From: an uncultured Gemmatimonadales bacterium
GTDB taxonomy: Bacteria > Gemmatimonadota > Gemmatimonadetes > Longimicrobiales > RSA9
Direction of reading: 5' to 3'
Assembly: GCA_963708135.1 (NCBI GenBank)
Contig: OY970192.1
Location: 4,320,001-4,384,000, forward strand
DNA length: 64,000 nt
The first letter of the stretch is position 1, and every line of letters begins with the position of its first letter. Both the position numbers and the translations under genes were made by a program. The notes beneath the pieces were generated by a model that searched no databases, had not been told where the DNA came from, and was given only the letters and a program-made list of their open reading frames with translations. Of this stretch, positions 9,211 to 18,233 are shown piece after piece.

Positions 9211-9879
9211 TCAGCTCGAGAGGGAGCCGTCGAAGCGGGGGCGCGTCGCGTCGCGGCCGCACTCGATGACGAGCCCGTAGCTATCGGCGTCGCTCCCGCC
9301 CGGGCCGGACGTGGTGTCCGGGGCGGGGGCCTCCTGGCCGGGGTCGCCGTCCTCGCCGGCGGCATCCCAGGCGCCGGCCACGATGCAGAGCACGGTGCCG
9401 TCGCGGGCGGCGAGGGTGACGCCGTCGTCGCCATCGACCTGGAAGCGGAGGTCCTGCCTCCAGCCGCGTCCGAGAAGCAGCGAGAGGATGGTGTCGGGCG
9501 GCGTGGTGGTCGTGTCCACGTAGGCGAAGTTGCCGGTCCCGCTCAGCCGGCAGCCGGGGCGGGGGGAGGCATCGAGGTCGTCGAAGATCCCGGTCTCGCG
9601 GCGGGTGCGGACGTGGAGCACCCGTTCGGCGAGCGCGCGGGCGGTGTCGCAGGCTGCGGCCAGGTCGGGGGCCAGGGCGCCTCGGTCCCGGCGAGCGCGC
9701 GCGAGCTCGGCGCTGGCGGCGGCGGCGTCCGAGGCCTGGAGCGCATCGGCGAGGGAGTCCACGCCGGCGGCGCTGAGCGCGGCCCCGTTGCGGCGTGCGC
9801 CGTGCCGGGGCCCCGGGCCGCAGCCGGCGGCGAGCGCGATGGCGGTGGCGGCGGCGACGGCGCGCAGGGCGGGGCGCAT
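9211..9879 (-). CDS. Hypothetical lipoprotein
   Basis: MRPALRAVAAATAIALAAGC lipobox; four further Cys; TGATG coupling with the upstream gene. Confidence 0.65.
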   Translation of the reverse strand: MRPALRAVAAATAIALAAGCGPGPRHGARRNGAALSAAGVDSLADALQASDAAAASAELARARRDRGALAPDLAAACDTARALAERVLHVRTRRETGIFDDLDASPRPGCRLSGTGNFAYVDTTTTPPDTILSLLLGRGWRQDLRFQVDGDDGVTLAARDGTVLCIVAGAWDAAGEDGDPGQEAPAPDTTSGPGGSDADSYGLVIECGRDATRPRFDGSLSS

Positions 9880-10118
9880 CAGCCGAGCTCCCACGGCATC
9901 TCGGTGGCCAGCGGCCAGCGGGCGGCGATCTTCTGGAGGTCCTTCTCGCGCTTCACGTAGGTCTCCATGTAGCCGCAGCCGGCGCAGACGTAGTGCGTGA
10001 GTGGCGCGGGCGCGTTGAAGCCGCCGAGCGGGAGTTGCGACGCCTGGCCGAGCACGCGCCGACTGGCGTCCGTCCGCACGTTGCTGGAGCCGCACTTTGG
10101 ACACTTGCCGCTTCGCAT
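9879..10118 (-). CDS. Small zinc-ribbon protein (CPKCG...CAGCGY), 79 aa
   Basis: MRSGKCPKCGSS and HYVCAGCGYMETYV; start set at ATG 10118. Confidence 0.75.
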   Translation of the reverse strand: MRSGKCPKCGSSNVRTDASRRVLGQASQLPLGGFNAPAPLTHYVCAGCGYMETYVKREKDLQKIAARWPLATEMPWELG

Positions 10119-10257
10119 GACCCGGAGCCGGTGGAGGGTGGGATGATAGGACAAGATGGCGACGCCGCGGCGCGTGGCAAGGGGGGAATCTTGCAGCGGC
10201 GCGGCGGTCATCGCCATCTTGGTGGAGCGTTCTTCCTCCCACCCCCAGAGTCGAGCC

Positions 10258-10797
10258 GTGAGCTTCCCGAACGCCGCGCCCCGGAGCCGTGCGTCCGCCC
10301 TGCTGCGCCGCCATCCCACGCTGCTGGGCACCATCCTGGTGGTGGCCGTCTTCGCACTGGCGACGCCGCTCGCCGTCTGGCACCTGCGGCACGAGCGCGG
10401 CGACGCGGCAGCGCCGCCGGTGTCCGCGGATGTCGCGGTCGCGGCGGATCGCGCGCCGCCCGCCCCGGAGGTCGTCCCGGTGGAGGTGCTCGCCACGCTC
10501 GAGGCGCTCGCCCGCGCAGTGCGGAGCGCGGACACGGCCGCCGTTGCGCGCCTCTACCCCGCCGCGCCGGCGCATTTCCTGGACGGCTTCGGGGCGGTGC
10601 GGGCTCGCCTGGGCCCGGGCGGCACGCTCGCGCTCGGACGGGCGCGGCCGGTCGGCGCCGGCGGGGACCGGCTGGACGTCGAGTTCGTCCTGCGCGCGGA
10701 GGGTACGGCGGCGCCGGCGGAGATGCCCTTCGTGGCGCGGCTCGTGCGGTCGGGCGACGTCTGGAGGATCGAGACGCTGCGGCGGCTCGGGAGCTGA
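10258..10797 (+). CDS. Hypothetical membrane-anchored protein
   Basis: One hydrophobic helix (LLGTILVVAVFALA) followed by a soluble domain ending GDVWRIETL; start uncertain (10156-10258). Confidence 0.55.
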   Translation: MSFPNAAPRSRASALLRRHPTLLGTILVVAVFALATPLAVWHLRHERGDAAAPPVSADVAVAADRAPPAPEVVPVEVLATLEALARAVRSADTAAVARLYPAAPAHFLDGFGAVRARLGPGGTLALGRARPVGAGGDRLDVEFVLRAEGTAAPAEMPFVARLVRSGDVWRIETLRRLGS

Positions 10798-10807
10798 GGC
10801 GAGGATC

Positions 10808-12367
10808 ATGCGGCCGGACTCCGAGGATACCCGATCAGCCCGGGAGCGAGCGGCGCGGGCCGCCCGTGGCGCGTTCGCGGCGTGGCGCGGCCACTGTTGC
10901 GCGCCGACACCGCCGGGCGGCCCGCGGATCGGCCGTGCCGGCGGCACCGGTTTCATCGCGGCGGCGGCGCTCGTCCTCGTCACGGGCGGCCCGGCGCTGG
11001 TCCGTGCGCAGGTGGACTCGACGCACCTCGTGATCCCGGGGCGGCTGGCCGAGCGCATGGACTCGCCGACGGACACCTCGCAGCGCTACGCGCTCTACCT
11101 GCCCTCCTCCTACACGGCCGAGCGAACCTGGCCGGTGCTCGTGGTGATGGATCCGCGCGGGCAGGCGGTCCCCGCGCTGCGGCTCTTCCAGCCCGCGGCG
11201 GAGCGGGACGGTTACATCGTCATGAGCTCCTACGAGACCCGCAGCGACGGTCCGGTCGATCCGAACGTGCGCGCCGTGAACGCGATGCTCGCCGACGCGC
11301 AGGCGAGCTTCTCCCTCGATCCCCACCGCCTCTACTTCGCCGGGATGTCGGGTACCGCCGCCGTGGCGTGGGGGATCGCCCTCGAGCTGCCCGACCGGGT
11401 GGCGGGCGTGGTCTCCGCGAGCGGCGTCGCCTCCGTGTTCAGGGACACGGCCGGCGCGCCGCCCTTTGCCTTCTTCGGCACGGCGGGGACGCACGACTTC
11501 AACTACGAGCAGCTCGTGGCCTTCGAGCCGCGGCTCGCGAAGTGGAAGACGCCGCACCGCCTGCGATACTTCGACGGACCCCACGGCTGGCCGCCTGCGG
11601 TGCTCTGCGCGGAGGCGCTCGACTGGCTGAGCCTGGAGGCGATGCGCGCGGGCACCGCGCCCCGCCGGACCGCCTGGATCGACTCGCTCTACGAATCCGA
11701 GGCGGCGGCCGCGCGCGCGCTCGAGGCCGCCGGCGACCTGCCCGGTGCCGTCTCGCGCTGGCGCGACATCGAGGCGTCCTTCTCCGGGCTGCGCGACGTG
11801 GCCGCCGCGCACGCGAAGGCGGAGGCCCTCGCGGCCGAGCCGGCCGTACGTACGGCCGCAGCGCAGCGCGACAGCTCGCTCGCCCGGGCCGGCCGCTTCG
11901 GCGCCCTGCTCGGCGCGGTCATGACGCGGATCCGCGAGGCCGGCGGAACCCCCGACCCGGACCGGCTGCGTGAGCTGCTCGGCATCGACCCGCTGCGCCG
12001 GGCCGCCGCCGACAGCACCGACGCCGCCGCCGCCGCGGAGGCGGCCCGCTTCCTGGCGCTGGTCTTCGTGCAGGCTGGGTTCTACCAGCCGCGCCAGCTC
12101 ATCAAGGACGGGAAGCCGGGGTCCGCGCTTGCCGTGCTGCGACTGGCGGACGTGATCCGACCCGACCAGCCGGGCGTGCTGCTCCGCATGGCCCAGGCCT
12201 ATGCGGGGATGAAGATGCCGCGCGAGGCCATGCTCTCGCTCCACCGCGCCGTGGAGGGCGGGCTCGCCGCCGACCTGGACGCCGACCCCTACCTCGCCTC
12301 GCTGCGCGGCGATCCGCGCTTCGCCGCGCTGGCCGCGCGCGCCCGCACCGCGCAATCGTCGAAGTAG
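10808..12367 (+). CDS. Exported alpha/beta hydrolase (esterase-like) with C-terminal TPR-like helices
   Basis: YALYLPSSY, DPRG, AGMSGTA nucleophile loop, DFNY and GPHGWPP; C-terminal DADPYLASLRGDPRF TPR-end motif; GAGG RBS. Confidence 0.7.
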   Translation: MRPDSEDTRSARERAARAARGAFAAWRGHCCAPTPPGGPRIGRAGGTGFIAAAALVLVTGGPALVRAQVDSTHLVIPGRLAERMDSPTDTSQRYALYLPSSYTAERTWPVLVVMDPRGQAVPALRLFQPAAERDGYIVMSSYETRSDGPVDPNVRAVNAMLADAQASFSLDPHRLYFAGMSGTAAVAWGIALELPDRVAGVVSASGVASVFRDTAGAPPFAFFGTAGTHDFNYEQLVAFEPRLAKWKTPHRLRYFDGPHGWPPAVLCAEALDWLSLEAMRAGTAPRRTAWIDSLYESEAAAARALEAAGDLPGAVSRWRDIEASFSGLRDVAAAHAKAEALAAEPAVRTAAAQRDSSLARAGRFGALLGAVMTRIREAGGTPDPDRLRELLGIDPLRRAAADSTDAAAAAEAARFLALVFVQAGFYQPRQLIKDGKPGSALAVLRLADVIRPDQPGVLLRMAQAYAGMKMPREAMLSLHRAVEGGLAADLDADPYLASLRGDPRFAALAARARTAQSSK

Positions 12368-12412
12368 GTCGCGACCGCTGGCCGATCGATCCATCGTCGA
12401 ACGAACTCCGCC

Positions 12413-12820
12413 ATGATGCCCCCCCACGGGTCCCCTTCGAGCGACGATTCGCCCGCCTCGCACCAGCAGCCGCCGCCGCGCCCACCCCGCGCCCCGCGCG
12501 AGCGGCCCAGCTGGCGCGCCGTCCTCTGGCTCCGGCGCCAGCGCGTGCGCGGCCGACGCCGCTTCATCTGGGCCTGGGGCGTCCTCCGGCTGGGCGTCCC
12601 GATCGCGGCGCTCGCGACGCTGCTCCGCTTCCTGGACGAGCCCTTCCGCTGGGTCCACTTCCTCGCGCACCTCGTCGTGAACGTGCTCGTGGCGGGCATC
12701 GTCGGCGGCTACGTCATGGGCGCCCTGCTGTGGGCGCTGGTCGTGGGGCGAGGCCGGCGGCCCCGACCTGCCCCGCCACGCCGCCCGTCGCGGGGACGCG
12801 GGGACACGCCACGATCGTGA
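12413..12820 (+). CDS. Hypothetical membrane protein
   Basis: Two hydrophobic segments with GRRRFIWAWGVL; fills the gap between genes. Confidence 0.55.
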   Translation: MMPPHGSPSSDDSPASHQQPPPRPPRAPRERPSWRAVLWLRRQRVRGRRRFIWAWGVLRLGVPIAALATLLRFLDEPFRWVHFLAHLVVNVLVAGIVGGYVMGALLWALVVGRGRRPRPAPPRRPSRGRGDTPRS

Positions 12821-12881
12821 TCGCGCGCCGCGGCTGCCGGGAGGCGCCACCTCCGCGCCCGCCCGGCCGGCGGCGAAGGCG

Positions 12882-14279
12882 TCAGACTCCCGCGGACAGC
12901 TTCAGGACGTCCGTGGCCAGCCACCAGAGGCCGACGGCGACGATGGCGCCGGGGATGGCGTAGCGGACCCAGAGGTAGAGCGCGCGCACGGCGCGGCGGT
13001 CCGCGGCCCCGCCCTCGCCGTCGGCCAGCGCGGCGAGGGCGCGCGAGCGGTGCATGGCCCAGCCGACGGTGAGCACGGCCAGCAGCGAGCCGAGCGTCTG
13101 CATCCCGGAGCCGAAGGTCAGGTCCCAGGGGACGAACACGCGCAGGCTGATCATCGGCGGGAGGGAGAGGACGAGCACGGCGGCGGCGACGAGCCACGTC
13201 GCCTTGCGGCGCGTCAGGCGGGTGTTGTCGGTGAGCCCGGCGATGAGCACCTCGAACGCGGGCACGTCCGAGAGGTAGGCGGCGCCGAAGAGGCCGGCAA
13301 AGAAGAGCAGGCCGAAGGCCCACCCGGCGGGGATCCGGGCGAAGACCGCCGGGAGCGTCGAGAAGATGAGCGCGGGTCCGCTCCCGGGCTCGCCGCCGAC
13401 GGCGAAGAGGGCGGGGAAGATGGCCAGGCCGGCCAGCAGCCCGGCGAGGGTGTCGGCGCCGGCGGTCCACGCGGCGTCGCGGACCAGGCGCTCCTTGCCG
13501 CTCAGGTAGGAGCCGTAGACGAGCATGAACGTACCGCCCAGCGAGAGCGAGAAGACCGCCTGCCCGAGCGCGGCGACCATCACGCGCGGCGTGAGGTCCG
13601 AGATCTGGAACTTGAGGATGTACCAGCGCAGCCCCGCGCCGGCACCGGGCAGGGTGAGGGAACGTGCCACGAGCACGAGCAGGATGGCGAACAGCGTAGG
13701 CATGATCACCTTGCTGGCCCGCTCGATGCCGCCGCGCAGCCCGCGCAGCAGCACGGCCACGCAGGACAGGATGACGAGCGTCGTGCAACCGAGCTGGAGC
13801 GCGAACGCGCGCGCCGAGAAGCCCGTCTCCGGCGGCAGCACGGCGGACGCGTGCAGGTCGATGCCGAGCGCGCCGGCGGCCTGCCCGGCCGCGTAGTAGA
13901 GCACCCAGCCGAGCACGTCCGTGTAGTACGCCGTCGCCGCGGTCACCACGAGGAAGAAGAACCACCCGACCTGCCGCCCGAGCGGCAGCCCGCCGCGCTC
14001 GAACGCCCCCACCGTACCGCGGCGCGTGGCACGGCCGAGCGCCCATTCCGTGGCCAGCGCCGGCACGCCGATCACGAGCACGACCGCCACGTAGAACAGC
14101 ACGAACGCCGCGCCGCCGAACTTCCCGACCATGTACGGGAAGCGCCACACGTTCCCCAGTCCCACGGCCGCGCCGATCATCGCCATGAGCGCGCCGAAGC
14201 GGGAGCCGAACGTCTCCCGGAAGGCGACGTCGCCGCCGCCCGCCACCGGCGTGGCCGCGGACTCCGCGGCCACGCTCAC
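12882..14279 (-). CDS. Sodium-dependent transporter, NSS/SNF (LeuT-like) family
   Basis: GAAVGLGNVWRFPY, GGAAF, GIERASK, QAVFSLSLG and GPALIF; GTGA overlap with the upstream PLP enzyme. Confidence 0.95.
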   Translation of the reverse strand: MSVAAESAATPVAGGGDVAFRETFGSRFGALMAMIGAAVGLGNVWRFPYMVGKFGGAAFVLFYVAVVLVIGVPALATEWALGRATRRGTVGAFERGGLPLGRQVGWFFFLVVTAATAYYTDVLGWVLYYAAGQAAGALGIDLHASAVLPPETGFSARAFALQLGCTTLVILSCVAVLLRGLRGGIERASKVIMPTLFAILLVLVARSLTLPGAGAGLRWYILKFQISDLTPRVMVAALGQAVFSLSLGGTFMLVYGSYLSGKERLVRDAAWTAGADTLAGLLAGLAIFPALFAVGGEPGSGPALIFSTLPAVFARIPAGWAFGLLFFAGLFGAAYLSDVPAFEVLIAGLTDNTRLTRRKATWLVAAAVLVLSLPPMISLRVFVPWDLTFGSGMQTLGSLLAVLTVGWAMHRSRALAALADGEGGAADRRAVRALYLWVRYAIPGAIVAVGLWWLATDVLKLSAGV

Positions 14280-15457
14280 GCGCCGTGCTCCAGCACCGCC
14301 GCCACCGCGTCCAGGGAGCGGTCCACGTCCTCGGTCGTCGAGTAGAAGTGGGGCGCCAGCCGGATCGCGGGCCCGCGCGCCGAGGCGAGGAGCCCGCGCG
14401 CCCGGAGCGCCGTCTCGACCGCGTGGCTGTCCCGCGCGCCGCAGTGGAAGGCCGTCGTCGCCGTCTTTCGCTCCGGCTCGGGGGCCCCCATCGGGCGGAG
14501 CCCGCGCGCGAGGCCGCCCTCCACCAGCCGGCGGGAGAGGACGGTGTTCCACGCCTCGATGGCCGCTGGGCCGATCTCGTTCAGCACCGCCATGCCGGCG
14601 CGCGCGATGGCGGCGCACACGACCGGCGGCGTGCCTGTGTCGAAGCGGCGCGCGCCGGGTGCCCAGTCCAGCCGCTTGGCGTCGAACGCGTACGGGTCCT
14701 CCCGCCCGAACCAGCCCGTGGCCGTCGGCTCGAGCCGCTCCGCGAGGCCCGGGCGCACGTACAGGAAGGCGATGCCGGGGACCCCGAGCAGGAACTTGAG
14801 GGCGCCGCTCGAGAGCATGTCCACGCCCAGCGCAGCGACGTCCAGGTCAACGGCACCGAGCGCCTGGTAGGCATCGACGTAGAGGAGCGCGCCCGCGCCG
14901 TGCGCCAGCCGCGCCAGCCCCGCGATGTCCTGACGGAAGCCCGTCTGGTAATAGGCGGCGCAGGCGGAGACGAGGAGCGTGCGCTCGTCGACCGTCGCCT
15001 CGTAGCCCTCCTCGGGGACGACTCCGTCGCGCACCGGCACCCAGGCGATGTCCGCTCCCAGCCGGCGCTGCGCCAGCCACTCGTGCGCCACAGTCGGGAA
15101 CTCCGCCTCGCTGACCACGACCCGCCCGCGCGCCTCCGTGTACTGCAGCGCGCTCGCCACCAGCGCCGTGGCGTGCGACACCGACGCGCATACGGCCACG
15201 TCCGCCGCGTCCGCGTGGATCAGACGCGCGAACTCCGAGCGCGCCGCCTCCACCTCCGTCATCCAGCCGTCCCAATCCATCCCTACCCGGTCCCATCCGT
15301 CCAGGTAGGCCTCGGCCGCCGCGCGCGTCGCCTCCATCTGCGGCGCGTGCGAGCAGTTGTTCATCGGGATGGAGTGCGCGAGGATCGGGATGCGCGCGCG
15401 CCAGAAGCCGATGTCGTACGCGGGCGCCGCCGGCGCGGCGGTCTGCGGGTCGGGCAT
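14276..15457 (-). CDS. Aminotransferase class V PLP-dependent enzyme (kynureninase-like subgroup)
   Basis: EFPT, VDAYQALG, PLP lysine in SGALKFLLG, GWF, RRFDTGTPP and IRLAPHFY. Confidence 0.85.
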   Translation of the reverse strand: MPDPQTAAPAAPAYDIGFWRARIPILAHSIPMNNCSHAPQMEATRAAAEAYLDGWDRVGMDWDGWMTEVEAARSEFARLIHADAADVAVCASVSHATALVASALQYTEARGRVVVSEAEFPTVAHEWLAQRRLGADIAWVPVRDGVVPEEGYEATVDERTLLVSACAAYYQTGFRQDIAGLARLAHGAGALLYVDAYQALGAVDLDVAALGVDMLSSGALKFLLGVPGIAFLYVRPGLAERLEPTATGWFGREDPYAFDAKRLDWAPGARRFDTGTPPVVCAAIARAGMAVLNEIGPAAIEAWNTVLSRRLVEGGLARGLRPMGAPEPERKTATTAFHCGARDSHAVETALRARGLLASARGPAIRLAPHFYSTTEDVDRSLDAVAAVLEHGA

Positions 15458-15658
15458 CCTTCGAGCTCCATCGAGATCGGGACGGGAGCGGGGCCGGAGC
15501 GGCCCCGGCTCGCAAGGTACGGTGGAGGAGGCCGCCCGGACCAGCCGATTCCGGCGTCACCCGTCCCGGCGAATCGCGGCTGCCGCGTCGGGCCCGGTGC
15601 GCTGGCGCCCGGGCGCCGTAGGCCGGCTACCGGGCTCGCCCAGCGCCGCGCCCGGGAG

Positions 15659-15832
15659 GTGCGGAACTCGCCAGTCGCCGCGCCCCGGACCTGGACTGGC
15701 GTGTCTTGCCTGCCTGGGCGGCACAACTCGCCGCTGGTTTCGCGGCGCCCGAGGGAGTGGCGAGTTCTGCATGCGTGAAGCGCACAACTCGCCGGTCGAA
15801 GGTGGCGACAGGCCGATCGGCAGGTTGTGCAC
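15659..15832. repeat. Array of three tandem ~50-bp imperfect palindromes with 60-61 bp period (REP/BIME-like)
   Basis: Arms GC(A/G)(C/G)AACTCGCC... start at 15661, 15721 and 15782; each is closed by a reverse-complement arm (e.g. GGCGAGTTCTGC, GGCAGGTTGTGC). Confidence 0.75.
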
Positions 15833-15988
15833 CCTGGCGCGGCTGCCGCAGTCGGAGCCACGCGCTCGGCCGGCGCCGCACCTCCACGCCGCCGCCGGCG
15901 CTTGCACGGAAGCTCGCGCGTGTGCACCGTAGGCGGGCTCCGCGCACCCGCGCGCCGCACCCGTCCTCGCCGCCACCGGCTCGCCACG

Positions 15989-16486
15989 ATGCCCGACATC
16001 GGATCTCCCTCCCCCTTTCCTCCCGCTCTCGTCCGCTTCGTGAAGCTGTTCGACGCCGGCGCCTTCTGGGAGAGCCACGAGGCGCTCGAGGGCGCCTGGC
16101 GCGAGAACCGCAGCGCCTTCTACAAGGGCCTGATCCTGCACGCGAGCGCGCTCGTCCACGCCCAGCGCGCCAACGCCCACGGCGTCCTGGCCCAGCTCGG
16201 AAAGGCCCGTCGCCACCTCCGCCCCTACGCGCCCGCCTACCTCGGCATCGACGTGGCCGCCGTGCTCGCCCACGGCGAGGAGTGTCGGGTGGTGGTCGAG
16301 GCGGCGCCCGGCCCCGAGGCGGCGCCCGGCCCCGAGGCGGCGCCCGTGAGCCCCCCGCGGCGGGGCGGGCCCGAGGCGCGGGCACCGGATGCCCCCCCTT
16401 CATGGCCCGCGCGCATCCCTCCGCTCGAGCTCACCCTCGATCCCGGTCTCCTCCGCGGCACCGAGCCCGAGCTCCGCGCCCCCTGA
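15989..16486 (+). CDS. DUF309 family protein
   Basis: LFDAGAFWESHEALEGAW and FYKGLI motifs; start set at ATG 15989; EAAPGP tandem repeat in the tail. Confidence 0.85.
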   Translation: MPDIGSPSPFPPALVRFVKLFDAGAFWESHEALEGAWRENRSAFYKGLILHASALVHAQRANAHGVLAQLGKARRHLRPYAPAYLGIDVAAVLAHGEECRVVVEAAPGPEAAPGPEAAPVSPPRRGGPEARAPDAPPSWPARIPPLELTLDPGLLRGTEPELRAP

Positions 16487-16620
16487 GCGCCGTCCTCGCC
16501 CGGGCGTTAGATTTCCCGGTGTACGTGCGGCGCCTGGCCGCGCCGTAGCCCGGGCCGGAGCCGGACCTGAATCGCCGACCCCGGACCCCGGATACCCGAC
16601 CCCGATCCCCCGGCCCTCGG

Positions 16621-17103
16621 ATGCTCACTTTCCTCGCCCTCGCCCTCATGGTGCTGTCCCTGTTCCTCATCCCGCTCGGGCTGCCGGGGATCTGGATCAT
16701 GGTGGGCGTGGTGGCGGTGGGGACGATCTATCACGCCGTGTCGCTGCCGATCCTCGTCGTCGTGACCCTCATCGCGCTGGCCTCCGAGCTGGCCGAGTAC
16801 GGGGTGACCAAGCGACTGACGCGGCGCTACGGCGGCTCGAACCGAGCCTTCTGGGGGGCGCTGCTCGGAGGCTTCCTGGGGGTCTTCTTCGGGCTTCCGA
16901 TCCCGATCGTCGGCTCCGTGGTGGCCGGGATCCTGGGCTCGTTCCTCGGCGCCGGCGCGGTCACCTACTGGGAGACGCGCCACCTGCCGTCCGCGGGCCG
17001 CGTGGGGTGGGGCGTCGTGCTCGGCCGGATGCTCTCGGCCGCCGTGAAGATGGCCGCCGGGATCGCCGTCCTGGTCCTCGGCGGCGGGGCGCTGCTCCTG
17101 TGA
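16621..17103 (+). CDS. DUF456 family membrane protein
   Basis: PLGLPGIWI, RYGGSNRAFWGALLGG and GSFLGA; multiple transmembrane helices. Confidence 0.85.
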   Translation: MLTFLALALMVLSLFLIPLGLPGIWIMVGVVAVGTIYHAVSLPILVVVTLIALASELAEYGVTKRLTRRYGGSNRAFWGALLGGFLGVFFGLPIPIVGSVVAGILGSFLGAGAVTYWETRHLPSAGRVGWGVVLGRMLSAAVKMAAGIAVLVLGGGALLL

Positions 17104-17486
17104 GGGGGCCGCTGCCCGCCGAGCCGCTCGCGCTCCGGCGGGATGCGCGCGGCGTCGTATTCGAGCCGATCGATGCCGAAACGCTTTCCATGCAGCGCAA
17201 CTGCCACGTCGTGCTCACCGCCGCCGGGCAGGTGCGGGGCAACCACTACCACACCCGCGCCACCGAACGGCTCATCGTGCTCGGCCCGGCCCTGGCCCGC
17301 TTCCGCATCGAGGGGAGGGTGGTCGAGGCGCGCGTTCCAGAAGGCGAGGCCTGGCGCTTCACCATCCCGCCGGGCGTCGCGCACGCGATCCGCGGCACGG
17401 GAGAAGGCCCGAACGTCATCGTCGCCTTCGCCACCGAGCCGTTCGAGCCCGGCGATCCGGACACCGTCCGCGACGTTCTCCTCTGA
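17100..17486 (+). CDS. Cupin-fold protein (WxcM/FdtA-like sugar isomerase domain)
   Basis: DARG, GQVRGNHYH and IPPGVAHAI; GTGA overlap with the DUF456 stop. Confidence 0.75.
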   Translation: MRGPLPAEPLALRRDARGVVFEPIDAETLSMQRNCHVVLTAAGQVRGNHYHTRATERLIVLGPALARFRIEGRVVEARVPEGEAWRFTIPPGVAHAIRGTGEGPNVIVAFATEPFEPGDPDTVRDVLL

Positions 17487-17571
17487 GGCCGTGTCGCGCC
17501 AGTGAGGCGCGTCGGGCCAGCGGCCGCGCCCCCCGGCGAGGCGCTGCGCGGGATCGGTCGCTGCCGGTCCT

Positions 17572-17985
17572 TCAGCGCGTCAGCACCTGCAGGATGCGGA
17601 TCCCCCAGGACGCCGCCGCCAGCACCACCGGGAGCAGCGTGAGCCCGATCGAGAAGAGCATGCCCTGCCGGAAGAGGAGCGGCGCCGCCTCCGGCGCCTC
17701 CTCGCGCCACACCGCTCCCATCAGCGTGTCCAGCCCCCAGCCGGCCGTGTAGCACACGTTGGCCATCACGCCGTAGAGCACAATCGCCTGCCACGGCACG
17801 AACAGGTGCGCCGGGTGCGGCGGCAGGATCGCGAACACCTGCACCACCCCCAGCGAGATCACCCCCGTGCCGCCGACCAGCACGTTGTAGATGGCACGGC
17901 GCGACTCCCACCACACGAGCCGCGACACCCACGTCCGTCGCAGGTCCGGCAGGGGGTAGAAGAGTCGCTCGATCGCCCGGTTCAT
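17572..17985 (-). CDS. Hypothetical membrane protein
   Basis: WWESRRAIYN and ANVCYTAGW; three hydrophobic helices; GGAGG RBS. Confidence 0.75.
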   Translation of the reverse strand: MNRAIERLFYPLPDLRRTWVSRLVWWESRRAIYNVLVGGTGVISLGVVQVFAILPPHPAHLFVPWQAIVLYGVMANVCYTAGWGLDTLMGAVWREEAPEAAPLLFRQGMLFSIGLTLLPVVLAAASWGIRILQVLTR

Positions 17986-18233
17986 GGTATGGCCTCCGCG
18001 GGATTCAGGATTGCGGGTTTCGGGGATTGCAGGGTCCAGGATCGCAGCGCCCGGGGACCGGCGTCCTCACCAGGGTTCAGGTCACGTCCAGCAACGGCGC
18101 TCGGCTCCTGCACTCCTCCTCCTCGAGAAGATTTCGTCTGCTGGTGCCCTGCTGTCAAGTACTTTGTGATGCAAAGGCCGCGCCGCCGCGGGCGTTGGCG
18201 TGGCCGGCCCGGCGCCTGCATCTTGCGCGCACC

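Noticed and set aside
14276..15457. Cysteine desulfurase / selenocysteine lyase
   Set aside because: The catalytic Cys loop is absent; motifs fit the kynureninase-like subgroup better.
15698..15793. CRISPR array (35-bp repeats, 26-bp spacer)
   Set aside because: Only two full, divergent junction repeats; the spacer ends are self-complementary; no cas genes or AT-rich leader. Better described as tandem palindromes.
18020..18125. SRP (4.5S) RNA, 6S RNA or tRNA
   Set aside because: No GNRA-capped SRP helix with the CAGG/AGCA motif, too short for a typical 6S RNA, and no cloverleaf or T-loop.
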